Below are positions 50,881-64,000 of a stretch of 64,000 nt of DNA, one piece after another. Where the stretch lies: NCBI RefSeq assembly GCF_036321535.1, contig NC_087436.1, positions 75,766,001 to 75,830,000 of the forward strand. Direction: 5' to 3'. The DNA comes from Camelus dromedarius (lineage: Eukaryota). The position numbers and the translations under genes are program-made. Numbering within the stretch: position 1 is the stretch's first letter; each line of letters begins with the position of its first letter. The notes beneath the pieces were generated by a model. The model had not been told where the DNA came from. It made no database searches and saw nothing but the letters and a program-made list of their open reading frames with translations.

Positions 50881-52369
50881 CTAATAACCATGAAGTGTTT
50901 GTTTCATAGCTCCTTCACTGGGAGAAACGCAGACACCTAGGGTATGGTACTTCTTGCTCTCTCTTTAGTGTTGGGGATTCTCACCACTGCTCCCCAATCG
51001 TCCATGGCTAGTCCTAAGGATGTATGTCGTGGCCATGATGCTTAAATTGTGGACGAATACAGCAATACAAATTTCTAACTCTCTGAGCTGTGTGTGTGTG
51101 TGTGTCAAGAGGGACGGGGTGCTGTTCTCAATCTTCTTGCTAAGGGAACTTCCTTAAAAATAAATATACTGAAAAGTGATGACAGGAAACTTCACAAAAT
51201 CAAAAAGAGGATGTCAGGAAGTACAGGATGTGTGGTTGTTTTCATTTCCTTCAGTGTTTTTCTTATTAATTATATATATTTATAACTTTAAAAAGCCAAA
51301 CCATTCACTGATCCTTCTCCTTAAGACCCAGTTTATAAAAGAGCTGTGATAAATAAGAACTAGTTTAAAGCTTTCTGTGTTATAAACCACTTTTAAGTCT
51401 CTGATCCTATGTTTCTGGACATCAGAATAGGGACTTGTTACTGATTCTAATTCATTTATAAAATGGTTGCATTCTCAGGCAGCTCGTGCCAGTGTGGAAA
51501 GGGTATAAAACCAAAGTACCAAAAGGTAGAAACTGATAAGGAAAGTTTTTTTAAAAATTCTGATCATTAATTCTTTCCCAGAAGACAGCTTTCAAACACA
51601 GGGGCCTGCACAAACCAGCAAACGCTCAAAACTGAAAACCCCCTTCTCCCCATAAGACCAGGCTACGGGAGCTTCAGCGCTCTCAGTGCCTGAACAGCCA
51701 CATGGAAGATGAGCCTCCCGCGCTTTTCCATGTGGGGAGAGAATCGAGCGTGTCGCCTGAAGGTCTTGCTCCCTGGAATGGGGAATCTGGGTCCTGTGGC
51801 CGCCACCAAGCAGCATGTTTCCTCCCAGACACCGAAACAAAATTTATCCACAAACGAATTTCTAAAGTTCCTATTTGGCTGGAAGCCAAAGTGAACAACA
51901 ACAAAAAACTTGTTTTGCAGCCTCGCTTTGCTGAACAGATTAGATATGAAGGCTGTGGGTGAGCTTGTCTTACGACTGTGCTTGACTTACTAACACCTTG
52001 GGATTTGAAGCATAAAATTCAGTCCATCTTTTAAAAAATTATGATCGAAGTCAAATAGTTCAAAGTCATGACTGAGCCCCATCTGGAGAGTTCAGTTCTG
52101 AGAGGCTGGAAGTCTCTTGGTAGTAAAAGCAGCCTCTCCTTTACTTCTTGGTAAAATTTCCTATGAAAGTACACAGCCAACATTTGTTTTCAACTGCCCA
52201 GCATCCCTCCCTCTGGGAAAACCACGCCCCCTTCCACACAGTTTTAGCGGGGCTGCCGATCACTGTACCCCATTTGCACGTAAGGCACAGGTCTGGCCAA
52301 TCTTAACGTTTTCTTTTCCTGTAATTAAGATATGATGCTGAGGTAGACGTGCTTTCTTTCTCCTGGGAG

Positions 52370-52830
52370 GCCAGATTAGGCCAGTGATCCTACAGCTACC
52401 AGCTGCCATTCTCACCACGCACAGAGGAGGTGGAGGACGCCCAGCTGAGGAGGGAGAGTGTGACAGAGACAGAGGAGCCAGAGGAGGAGGGGAAGGAGAG
52501 AGAGAATAGGAAGATGGGAGAGGGGAAAGAAGAGGAAGAGGAGAAGGCGGAGAAAGAAGAAAAGAAATTTAACCTAACCTCAGGGAGCTACAATTGAAGC
52601 CAGCTGATTCCTGAACTTCCTAGACACTTGAGTCAACAGATTTCTTCTCTGTTCAAGCCAGTTTAAATGTGGGATTTGCAACTGAAAGGGTTCTACCTAA
52701 TCCTGTAGCTGACACCCAGTCATTCATTCATTCAACAAACATTTATTGCGTTCCTCCTATATGCCAGGCACGAGATGGGTCTGGGGTAGGGGTACATGGT
52801 CCTTGCCTTCACAGAGCTTATACCCTGGCT
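52370..52830. mobile_element. MLT1 3' part (+, to about 52705) followed by an L2 3' end (-)
   Basis: tgagtcaacagatttc...aagccagttta...ttgcaactgaaagggttcta, then cattcattcattcaacaaacatttattg. Confidence 0.7.
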
Positions 52831-55800
52831 GGGGAAATAAAACACCACACACACACACACACACATATTCCATTTGAATGTCTATATTCAATTTTTCATC
52901 TTGTGGAAGAAAAGAATAGGGTACCGAGAAACAGCACTAGAGGAGAATGAGTCAGACGTCTACAGTGTCGTTAGAACAACGCTTAACAGAAGACGGCGTG
53001 CATGGATGGCAGTTTGGGGGTGCAGATGAGGCAGCTTGGTGGAAAGAGAGAAAACCTCACTCCTAGTCAGCAGACTAGGAGCCTCATCCCAGCTCTGTCA
53101 AAACTGCAAGAGCTTTTGTCATCAGCAAAGAGGTAATAACTGTCTATTCTCAAGAGTTGTAATGAAAATCCATTGAGAAAATATGGCGGATGTACATTTG
53201 AAAAGAAGAGTGTGGTATCAAATCCAGTGTGCACAGGACAGGAAAAGTAACAGGGCAACCTGGGTTACCTATTAGGAAGCCTGGATGTTGTCCCGGCAGG
53301 GAGACGTCCAAGGGGCCAACGTAAGAAAAACATGGGAAGGTTAATGGCCCACCGATGGTCCCAAACAGCAGTGTTTGCATATACAAAGGACAGCAACACC
53401 ATCTTTATTCATGTATTTATTTTATCCTTTGCTGTGTTGATGCATACGTTTTAGTTAACAATGTCCAACATTCGTTGTTCAGCAATATTCTGTGGAAACA
53501 GCTCTGGATAATGTTTAACATTACAACTTTTTTTGAAACCACTTAAGGAATTTTTATTCTTCATTTCCCAGGTGGTTTTTGTGCTTTCCTTATAAAACAT
53601 TCTGGGACTTTTTTTTTTTAAAGAAATGCCAAAAACAAAACAACAAAGGAGTCTCCATGATTTCTTTCACTTTTGAGTTGGCTTTTAAAAATCCAATTAT
53701 AAAAACAATACACCAGTTCTGTGAAAAAGTCAAGAAGTACTGAAGAGCATGAAGTGAGAAGTCCCCTGCACACCCCCCATTCTCCTTGGCCAGAGGGAAC
53801 TGATGTTAACAGTTTACTCTGGCTCCTTTCACAACTTTCTGTATCCGCATAGTCAGCTGACTCGTCAGTCAACAAAAGGAATGTCACTTCTACAAGTGCG
53901 AGGACAACAGGCGTGTGCATAGTCATGGGTCTCATGGACTCCTGGTCCCTAGGTATACAGTCCTCTTCTACATTAAGTACAACTGGGTGTGAGAGCACAT
54001 TGGTAATCAGGCAAAATATTCCACTGTACTCATTTGAGTGACTTTTGGAAAGCCCCTCCTCTGTGGTTCAAAACAAGCATCCCAGGATCATGTCAGCCAG
54101 AAAGACGGGGTAGAGGTGTGAATTTGTGTCTGGACTACTTACTGTTCTTTGTCTTGGGTCCCTGTCCTCTGTCGCTCTGGTGCTGTGGTAGGGGCAGGCT
54201 CAGCGGTCCTCTCCACTGACCACAGGCAGGCAGTGTCTCCATCAACAGCAGTGTTCCATCAGGGTTCTCTGCCTTCGGTTTTGCAGCCTCAGCCTGAACC
54301 TAGGAAGGGCCCTGCCTTCATCCCCTCCCTGTCTGGAAGATCCCACAACACTGGCCTCTTTTAAGGGAAGATGTTAGTATGTTAATCTTTTGTGTTTTAG
54401 TTCCTTACAGTTCCTCTTTCTATAAAAGGGAAGACCAAGAGGCATTAAACAGCATGACTCGCTGGGAAAACAAGTATTGCGAGCAGGCAGCAGGGTTCAG
54501 TGGAGGATGGGACGCCCAGAAGAGCCTGGCGGTGGGGGCGGATGAGGACCTGATTAGAAATGTCTGCAGTGTATTCTAATGCATTTGCATTTATATAGGT
54601 ACTGAGCGGAGGGGATCATTGAAGGCTGGAAACAGAGCAGTGGCAGAAATCAGATGTTCCTTTGAAAAAGGAACTCTGGTGCCAGCAGGGTCAGTGGGTT
54701 GGAGCGGAACAAAGCAGAAGGCAGCGACACCAGTCAAGAGACTGTGACAGTAGTCAAGAAAGAGGTGTTGTAGGCCCAGCATCTTAATCTCCTCTCGTCT
54801 CTGAGGGAGTTTCCATTCCGTTCGCCAAGGATGTGTCTCATAGGCCAATCTCCCCTACCATCAAAAACCAAAAAGCTGAAGGCATGCATTTCTAGCCTTC
54901 TTTGCAGCTGGAGGTAGGACTTGGGCAACAATTCATTCTGGCAGTGCTGGTTTAAGGGCCAGCAGCGATGGTGGCCAAAGGTAAGGGCCCTGGTGGAGGG
55001 AACAGTGTCTTTGCTACAAGGGGTCAATATGATGATAATTAGATGTGACTCTGGCTGCGTGAACTCCCTTTGTTCCTGCTCATTTTCCAAGATCGAGTTT
55101 TCAGATCTCTGAGCAATTTTCATTCAATTTTTAAAATAATCCTCTGAAGAGGTTAAGGCAGATGTTATTATTCTTATTAAGGTGAGGAAAATGAAACTCT
55201 GAAAAGACAGATGATTTGCTTAAGATCAAAAGCTAGTAAGTGGCACACCCATCTTTGGATGTAAGTCTTTTATGACGGGGCTCAGTGCTCTCTCCCCTAC
55301 CCCCTTTCTTATCAAACTCGGCAGCTCAGAATCCCTGGCATATGTGACAAACAGAAGGGAAGTGCTAGAAACTCTGGCTTACTCATAGCACAGACTTCTA
55401 GAGTTTTATAAAGGTCTCATTAAAAGTTAAGTTACTTAAGACCATATAAAATGGGGTAAAATGCAAAACTGAGGTACAACTAGCAAATTCAAATATATTT
55501 TACCTTTGTAGGAGGTAAGCATCTAGGTTCCCCAGGGGTACAAAGGCAGTCATCTCTGTGGTAGACGTGTATGAGAAGTCCTGAAATGAAGCACCAATCC
55601 CTAGGCTAGTGTTGCCATTAGCTAAGTGACCCCATTTAACTTAGTAAACACCATACTTAACCCGTATATCTGCTCTATGTGTACATGTATAATCGCTTCA
55701 TTCACATGTCTTCTTAAAACACGGAAGTCCAGAGCATCTTAATAAATGTGTCATATAATTTATTTGACTAAAGGTTGGTAAAGATGCAAATGCTACTAAA

Positions 55801-56149
55801 AATACATGAAACACTCTGGTAAATACCCTACTGAAAAAGAGATAAAATGTCTTTTCCATATCTGCATGCTATGCTGAAATGACTATTTGTCATCTGGAGA
55901 TAATTATGTCCGATGATTTCATAGTGAGGACACAAACTCATGTGTCAATGAAAGGGTAAGGTGGATATGAATCATAATCATTCTAAATTATAGTTATTAA
56001 AATTCTATAAATATTCAAAATATTTCAGTTTTATAGCTTGAGCAATGAGTCCAGTCTAAGCAGCACTGACCAGACAGTATTATTGTCAGATGTTCTAAAT
56101 ATACCAGGTTACAGCTGACCGCAAAATGCTTCTGCAGCTCACTGTTACA

Positions 56150-57140
56150 TATGCCCATTTATTCATCGTGCTGCTTCTTTCAGGCACTGCTAGGACTTGA
56201 GGCGAGATAAAGACCACAGTGACACCTAAATGAGGAATTATACTATGATGCCATATATAGTAATGGAAGTACATGCAGTGTAAGAATCAAAAAATAAACT
56301 CTGCCTATCAGCTTCACTGAAGGGTTATTATCACAGGCAGAACTGGGTCTTCAAGGACGACTATGAGGACGACAGTCAGACAGCAGGCTCAGAAGTAGGA
56401 AAGGTGAGCAGAGGATAGTATTTTAGACAAAAGGAGCAGCATAAAATAATGCAAGGGCATGGAGGCATAAAATAAGGAGTTCAAAGAACTGCAAGGATTT
56501 TTCTGTTTCTAGAATCTAACATTGGAAAGCTCTGGTGGGGTAAAATTTAGGCAAACAGAGGACAGATCATATGACGTATCTTAAATAATCATACTATATG
56601 GGTAAAATATTTATTTATTTAATGGACATGAGGAGGATAGTCAGAGTTACAGGTAAGAGCATAGTGAGAGAATATTTACTCTGGAAAAGTGACTTTGAAG
56701 GTATTGTGGAGAATAGCCTGGAAAGCAAAGAGATAAATGCAGAGAGACCAGGTGAAAAGTTACAAAGACACATGCAAGTAGAGATGAAGAAATGAGATAG
56801 TACGTGCAAAATTTCTGGGTAACATCAACAGAAATGGATAATCAACAGGATGTGAAAGGGAAAAGAATGGTGAGGACTTAGACGAATGGGTGATTATCCA
56901 GCCAAAAAACAAAATAGGAAATGCACAGAAATAACAGATTTGGCAGAAATAAAAAATAAGCTCAGTTTTGGCAAGAGTGTTGGAGTCGCCTGTGAATACA
57001 CAGGTAGAACCACGGGACAGGCAGTGGTGCACACGGAAGAGGTCAGGGATGGCGATACCACTTAAGTCCCTGATCGCACAGGTAGTAGAGACAAGTATGG
57101 GCATGGATGATATTGCCCACAAGGAAAAGGATGCGCAGAG
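56150..57140 (-). mobile_element. Degraded L2
   Basis: Purine-rich reverse L2 motifs (gctcagttttgg...gttggagtcgcctgtg; ggcatggatgatattgccc). Confidence 0.55.
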
Positions 57141-58349
57141 AAAACACCGAGTGTGTGCATGAGGCGTCGTTATTAGTTGGCACATCTTTGTCCGTAATCT
57201 TTGCCGGGGTGCTTTTCCTTCGTGTCTAGGAGTGAGCATCACGGCGTGGTAGAACGCGTGCCCGGTGGGGGAGCAGGAAACCTGGCTCCCAGTCCCGGCT
57301 CTCTCAGGAAGCCATTGCGTGATGTTGGGAAAGCACTCAAACCGTTCCATCCCTTGGTTTCTTTATCTATGAGAGGAGGAGGTGGGATAGGTGAGCTCCA
57401 GCCCTCTGCAGTTCTTTAATCCGTTCCCCAGATCCTGTGATTTCCCCCAATGGGCTCTGATGAAACTGCTGATGAAAGCTGAAATAACTGGAAAATAGAC
57501 ATTGAGGGAGAAATGTGGCCTAGGAAGAGCCACAAGCTTTGCAATTTTCCCCCGAATAATGGAAAACTTCGAAAAAACATTTTTCCTGTAATTTGGGGAC
57601 AGCTATTGTAGACCATTATGAAAATGTAGGGCTTTTTATTGAAAGGGAATGATACTTGGTCACAGGTATTTGAGTTTTGATTGAATAACCTTTTGGGTCC
57701 AAGTTTTTAGGAAAATGGCTATATAGGACTGTTTCATTTAAAAGCCACCTACTTAGAGTTCCATTGCATTAAGGAGTACGTAATAGGTCTGATAATATTG
57801 GTCCCTTCTGGACAATTATGACTGCCTACAATTAATACAGGACTAGAAGACATTTACAGTCATTATATGGCATTAAAGTTGTAAGATCTTATGCTGGCAG
57901 GCAGCTCAGATGATTGTGCAGAAGGAACTCACTGGGCTCAGAGGTGCTGAGCTGGCACCCAAAATTAAATACAGGGAAACTTCCCTTTTGTGTTCCCCAA
58001 AATGTAGGGCACAGTGGATGATAACCACCAAAGAGATTGTAGTTCAACTAACAAATCAAACATCTGTCCAGATATTCATTTGCTGTGTTATCGCATATGG
58101 GTAAAACAGTCTTTATAAAATTATTTTGTACTTTTGATTGAGCTATAGTCTGGCAGTACCTTTATACCAAGTCTCTGAATTATAAGTATGCTCTGAAGGT
58201 CAGAGGATTATCTCATTGTGAGGAGTCCTGAGCACCTTATGACTTACAGCAATCGTGACACCAAAAACCTCAGTACACAGAGCTTTGCCTTGTAAAAGGA
58301 AATCTGAGCCAAAAGAGAATTTAGTTAATTTAATCAGAGTTGTGGAAAT

Positions 58350-58740
58350 GTTTAAAAATCAAAGAAAAGAAAAGGGTAAAAAGTTAATGAGCAAAATTTT
58401 ATATATATATATAAAAACAGACAGCAACCAATGGAAAAATGGAAGAGAATACAACCTCCAAAAGATATGATATCTAGGAATAAACCTAATAAGAAATGTG
58501 CAAGACCTATATGAAGAAAACTCTAAGACACCACAGCATGATGGGAAAGACGTCTTTGGACAAATGAAAGACTTCCTTTTGGAAAGAGATCCAAGATACA
58601 TTAGTAAGCAAAATAAACAAGGAGCAGAACAGTATGTGAAGTAGCTTACTTTCCATAGAAAAAAGAAAAATAAGAATGTACATTTTTATTTACTTGTGTA
58701 TAAAGAAACTCCAAAAAGATTCATAAAAACTTAACCTATG
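58350..58740 (+). mobile_element. Old L1 ORF2/3' remnant
   Basis: atatctaggaataaacctaataagaaatgtgcaagacctatatgaagaaaact, typical L1 ORF2 sequence, degenerate. Confidence 0.75.
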
Positions 58741-59869
58741 AAGGGTGTGGAAAACAAGTAGATCAAAGACAACAGTGGAAGCGAACAGAGCACGTCCTCA
58801 TTCAGTTTTACAGCCATCTAGGATGCCAGGCTATGTTTGTATGATAATTTGTTTCAATCAGACTTCTGTTGATATTTACGTTGTTTCCAGTCATTTGCTT
58901 TTACAATCGATTCTGCAATTAATTATGTAAATGATTACCTTTTCGAGAAATCAAATTTAAAACCATAAATAAAACTTCCCACTAAAAAAAATCAAAACAG
59001 AAATAAAAGTCAAACACTTTCAAATGAAAGCTCTGACTTCTGGAACAGAAACAGTGAAGGTCAAAATGGCAGCGTTAGAAGTGGCCAAGTCCAGGATGAA
59101 TAGCTAGGCGTCCCCAACCTCCTTTTCTTCTCCCCCTTCACGTCTGCATACCATGCATCCAAACCACCCCAGCTCTCTTGTTTATGAAGAAGCAGAGTCC
59201 CTATGTTATCCGTGCGCTGGAAAACCTGCTGTACAGATGAGAAACAAGCCAGATGATTTCATCCATGCAAGTCAGCACAGGGCTCAAAAGTCATTCTAGT
59301 TAATCAGCTGTCATTATTCTCACACTGTCTCTTGCCGTGATGGCTACTTCCCTAGACTGGAAAGTGGGCAAGGAAATTTATTAAAATACTGACGTGTTGT
59401 TCTCTCCTTGGTTTTCTGTTCTACGTTTGAAGCAGATAGCTCAGAGTTTGCTCCCTTGTCTCAGCGTTGGTAGCTGAAAGGAAAGCAGAAGCTTCACGAG
59501 AAAAGGGACCCCATTTATTTGCAAACACCTCAACTCATAGAAGAGATTATAACATGTCCTGAATGGAGGAAAGAGAAAGCAAAGTGCCTTTGAAAGAGGT
59601 GAGAGGAGAAAAGGGTGAACTTTTCCACCCAGGGCAGGGAGAGTTGTCTACAGGTTTTTAAAGTAGCCCCTGCTCCTGGCTCCCAGGCTGGGCCTCAGGA
59701 AGGATGGCTGCATGGTTTTTGAACCCTAGGCACCAGGGTCCCAGCCCTGGCCATTTCCTATGCTCAGTGAAGGGCCCAGGAGTAGTCTGAAACTGAATTT
59801 CAAGGAACCTTTGGACAATAAATATATCAGCAGCAGCCAGGATGCCCTGGAGAGTAGTTTCCTCTTTGA

Positions 59870-60320
59870 ATTGGTTAGAAATGCTTTAAGCTGCAAATAA
59901 TGAAAAATCCACAATACAGTGGCTTAAACGAAGAGAGTATTTGTTTTTTCTCTCATGACAAGAAGCTCTGGAAGAAAGTGGATCCTGGAATTGGTTCAGT
60001 GGCTCAATGATGTTGGGGCCACCACATCTGCAATTCTCTTGGCCTATTCTTCATGGTTGCAAGATGGCTGCTACAGTTCCAGATATCACATCCAGATTAA
60101 CTCAGGAGAGGGAGAGGAAACGGGAGTCCTAGGATGCTGCAGCCATTTTTTCAGGAAAGGCAAAGCAGTGTCTTTTGCCCCCAGCACTGGCCAGTACTAG
60201 CACTTGACCACTTGTCCAGCCCTAGCAGCAAAAAAAGTGGCCAAAGCAGAAGGAGTCTGGGAATGTCTCTTGGGTTAGCCAGAACCACACCCTATTTTCT
60301 GGGTATTGCATATGCATCCT
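59870..60320 (-). mobile_element. MLT1K/L-like LTR
   Basis: gttagaaatgctttaagctgcaaataa...cagtggcttaaac...tcatggttgcaagatggctgctacagttccag. Confidence 0.75.
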
Positions 60321-60956
60321 TGAGTCCTGTGTGATCAGCGGGAGATGAAACCCCAATTATGACAGATTCAATTTTCCACCACCCAGTGGATTAGGATGAA
60401 TTTTAAAGAAATCAATTAAGAAAAAAAAAATAAACACTTTTGTTTTTAAACAACAACAGCAACAAGTAAGAGGTAAAACGTGATGTTTCTTACATGTCAA
60501 AGTTTGTGACTGTAAATTCATTACCTTTTACACTGGCACCAATAATCTCCTTTTTTGATGAGTCATCCTTAAACAAAGTAAAAGAAAAAAGAAACAGCGG
60601 TAGATGCTTCCTAGCAAGCAGTCACTAAATCTATTCACCATGGACTTGCAAACTCAGCGTGTTCAATGAACATGAACTCAGTTTATGAGGCACGTTTGAC
60701 CTTTAGGTCAACATTACTTAAACCTAGTCACAGAAACTCTAAAATTTGTGATGCAGGTGGCTGGATATGGATCTTACCAAATCTCTTATTTGGATAATGC
60801 CTATATTTTAAATGTCAGCTGTGAGTCTTTCTCTTTTAAATGCAGTCAGTTCCACCAAAACCCTAATCTTGTTTGGCAGGTGTCCCATATTTTTCTAAAT
60901 TCTGTCCTGTTCTTGTTCTATGTCCTTTTAAGCCTGATTGTCACTTAGTTTTTAAC

Positions 60957-61219
60957 AAATTTTTTATATTGAGGTAGAGTCAGTTTATAATATTGCATTA
61001 ATTTCTGGTGTACAGCATAGTGATCTAGTTATATATATGTATATTCCTTTTCATATTTTTTTCATTATAGGCTATTACAAGGTATTGAATATAATTCCCT
61101 GTGATATACAGTAGGAACTTGTTTACCTATTTTATATGTAGTAGTTAGTATCTGCTAATCCCGAACTCCCAGTTTAACCCTCCACCCTCTCCTCTTTTCT
61201 CCATTTGTCTTCTAGATTT
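60957..61219 (-). mobile_element. 5'-truncated L1 3' end
   Basis: ttgaggtagagtcagtttataat...ttcattataggctattacaagg; 16-bp TSD tcacttagtttttaac / tcactttgtttttaac. Confidence 0.9.
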
Positions 61220-62291
61220 TCACTTTGTTTTTAACTGACATTAGACTAGTAAATTCTGTTGTCTCTTAACAACCCTGGTTCTGGATCCCTCTCTTCTTTC
61301 CCCTCTGCTCTGCTTGTTCTCTCTTCTAGTGCTATTCCGGGGAATGTGTGTGCCTCCTCATCGGCTGACTGTCTTCTCGCCCCAGAGGGAGCATAATGGC
61401 ACTGCCTCAGGAATGGCTGCAGAACCTGGGGCCAGGCAAACAAACGGCTGCTTCTTACAGAGATAGAAATTAACTTCAGATCATTAAATGCAATTTGTCG
61501 GCTTATCGCTTGCAAACTTAGCATAAGAAGTCATTTCCCAACGGTACCACTTGCCAGCTGGAGCTTTTATGTGTGTGATCAGGATAGATGAAATTGATGG
61601 GGCCCCTTTGAAGTCTTCCCAAGGAATTGTCTCTACAAAGTGATGGTTTTCTCCATGTCATGATATTGTTAATATTCACAAGAAGTATTTATAAGGGGTT
61701 TGGAGTTTCTAAGATGAAAGAGATCACATAAATAGAATGAATCCCTTTGAGGAGACAGAATGTGAGTATGAGGACTATTACATACATCACCCAGGGCCTG
61801 TGGACTTATTCTCAATAACATGTAGCTAAAGACAGAGGCCAACACTTCTGAATGTGTGACAACAACTTCTCCCACGTGACACAACTTTCCATTTAAAATT
61901 TTTAGCTGTATCCAGCATTTTACTGACCAGGAACAAATGTAGTGGCATCATTTAAAAAAATCATTGTATTTGTTTCTCTGACTTACAGTTAGTTTTGTAG
62001 TTAAAGCTAACTCTATGGGAAACATTTTCATATAACCTCTACTTAGGGCAATTCAGCAATAGCTTTTAAAATAATAAATACATTTGCACAGTTACAAGTT
62101 GCCATATCTACAGAACTATTCAATAGCTAAAGATTGGAAACACCCCAAAGGTCATCAATAAAAAGAGGCTAGTTAAATAAATTATGGTACGTTCATATGA
62201 ACACTGTGTAGCTGTAAATAAATGAGGAAGTTCTCTATGTGCAGATGTGGGAAGAGTTCCAAGGTATGTTGTTAAGTAAAGGATAAAATGG

Positions 62292-62751
62292 CACACGTAT
62301 TTCTGGTTCGGTTCCAGATCACCACAATAAAGTGAGTATTGCAATAAAGTGAGTCACACCAATCTTTTGGTTTCCCAATGTATAGACGAGTTTTGTTTAT
62401 GCTACACTGCAGTCTATTAAGTGTGCAGTAGCATCATATCTTAAAAAACAAGGTACATACTTTAATTTAAAAATACTTCATTGCTTCAAAAAAGCATAAC
62501 AATTACAACAGTAAATGAAAGATCACTGATCACGGGTCACCATAACAAATATAATAATAATAAAAAAGTTTAAAATAGTGCAAGAATTGCCAAAATGGGA
62601 CACAGAGACACAAAGAGAGCAAATGCTGGTGGAGAAATGGTACCGATAGACTTGATCGATGCAGGGTTGCCACAAACCCCCAATTAAAAAAAAACCCCAC
62701 AGTGTCTGAGAAATGCAATAAAGCAAAAGGACATAAAACGAGGCATGCCTG
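62292..62751 (-). mobile_element. Internally deleted Tigger1 derivative inserted in an old L1
   Basis: The reverse complement starts CAGGCATGCCTCGTTTTAT...TTGTGGCAACCCTGC (Tigger1 left end); the other end carries ggttcggttccagatcaccacaataaag; TA flank at 62752. Confidence 0.88.
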
Positions 62752-63769
62752 TATACAGTATGCCACATAGTGCAGTAGAAGAGAGGGGGTTTTTATATTT
62801 TATAAATTATAAAATTTTATATTTACAGCTGCTTGTGTTTGTGTAAAATAATTTTGGAAGCTTATATGTTAAAAAAATATAAAAAATAAAAGAGATTACC
62901 TATGGTGGTGTGAGGTTTGGGAATTGGACAGGTTAGAAGTGGGATATTTTACAGTTTTATGTATTATGTATGTAAAACCATAGGAATGTGTTACTCACTC
63001 GAAAAGTAAAATTAAGAGAGGAATAAGCAACTGTTTGGATGCTCTTCTCCTGTCTCAGTGTATCTATAGTCTTTTAAAACAAACATTCTTTTAGTATAAG
63101 TAGTGTCATTACAATGACTTCACGAAAGCTTCCCTGGAGGGGGGATCTGATTTACAGTTCTCTGAGCTCCCGCAGCGCTGTGAGGACAGATCGCGTTCCG
63201 CCTTGTGTGAGCATCATTTATAGACGCCATTTTCAAGGCCGGTCTCTGTTTACCTCCTGCCATTCTCACCCTCACCTCTCCACGACCTTCATGCTGTTAC
63301 TCTTCTCGCTTTCTTGAACAGGCTACATTCCCTCCCACAGAGAAGGCTCCCCTGATGCCCTTGACTCAGTCAGCTTGCCTCACTGTTCTTTTCTGTCTCT
63401 GTACATTCCTTTCACTTGTTCCTGCATGTAATGTCGGTATTTCCTACCTGAGTTCAGACAAAAGGCCCATGCTGGACTGGGCTGTATTCATGTTGTTTAA
63501 TTCTGTGTCCCTAGTGCTCAATATGGTTCCCGGTAACGGTGAGCACATGTTTGTTGATTGGAAGTGAAATGTTACTCCTCTCTTAGCAGAGAGTGCTTTC
63601 CTTACGGGTAAGATATGCCATGTTTCTGTAGCCCATATCATATAAAGGACAGCAGTGCATAATGGGTAAGAGACAGGGGCTCAAATAAGAGCATGGCCAT
63701 TCCCCAACTCTGGGATCTTAAACTTTTAGCCTCTCTGGGCTTCAGAGTTCTCGTCTATATTAAGTTTTC

Positions 63770-64000
63770 CTTTCTTTCTTTTTTTTTTTTTAATAACACT
63801 TTTTATTGATTTATAATCATTTTACAATGTTGTGTCAAATTCCAGTGTAGAGCACAATTTTTCAGTTATACATGAACATATATATTCATTGTCACATTTT
63901 TTTCTGTGAGCTACCATAAGATCTTGTATATATTTCCCTGTGCTATACAGTATAATCTTGTTTATCTATTCTATAATTTTGAAATCCCAGTCTATCTCTT
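63770..64000 (-). mobile_element. Younger L1 3' end, running off the window
   Basis: Long poly(T) then ttttacaatgttgtgtcaaattccagtgtag...tttccctgtgctatacagta. Confidence 0.85.

Noticed and set aside
56760..57350. Longest ORF in the track (196 aa, minus strand)
   Set aside because: Overlaps degraded L2 and MIR sequence; no recognisable domain.
1..64000. Scattered AP-1 (TGAG/CTCA) heptamers
   Set aside because: About a dozen in 64 kb is near chance expectation, and they are not clustered.
1..64000. CRISPR arrays, operons, intact retroviral or transposase ORFs, processed pseudogenes, NUMTs
   Set aside because: None seen: no regular repeat-spacer arrays, no long ORFs and no recognisable retrocopy or mitochondrial sequence. 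A weak pseudogene could be missed without a translated search.

Overview
Mammalian nuclear DNA, most likely a camelid (alpaca/llama/camel), judged from six copies of the camelid tRNA-derived Vic-1-type SINE. The first ~5.3 kb holds the 3' end of annexin A3 (ANXA3) on the + strand: a 123-nt coding exon (1040-1162), a 3.56-kb GT-AG intron, the terminal coding exon (4722-4781) and a 3' UTR with several poly(A) signals. The remaining ~58 kb looks non-coding. It is a mosaic of old L2/MIR/L1M fragments, MaLR/ERVL/ERV1 solo LTRs, Tigger/hAT DNA transposon fossils, and younger truncated L1 3' ends and SINEs, many with visible target-site duplications (TSDs). A few unique CpG-retaining patches may be regulatory or lncRNA-related. 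None of the ORFs in the supplied track looks like a real gene; both real exons had to be found by hand. I see no convincing novel biological system, so the findings are modest: a divergent ANXA3 C-terminus, an unexplained 51-bp dispersed duplication, an ultra-short poly(A) retroinsertion, a solo LTR without a matching TSD, nested TEs, and candidate regulatory/lncRNA elements. Repeat family names come from recalled consensus motifs, not a database search, and old-repeat boundaries are approximate.
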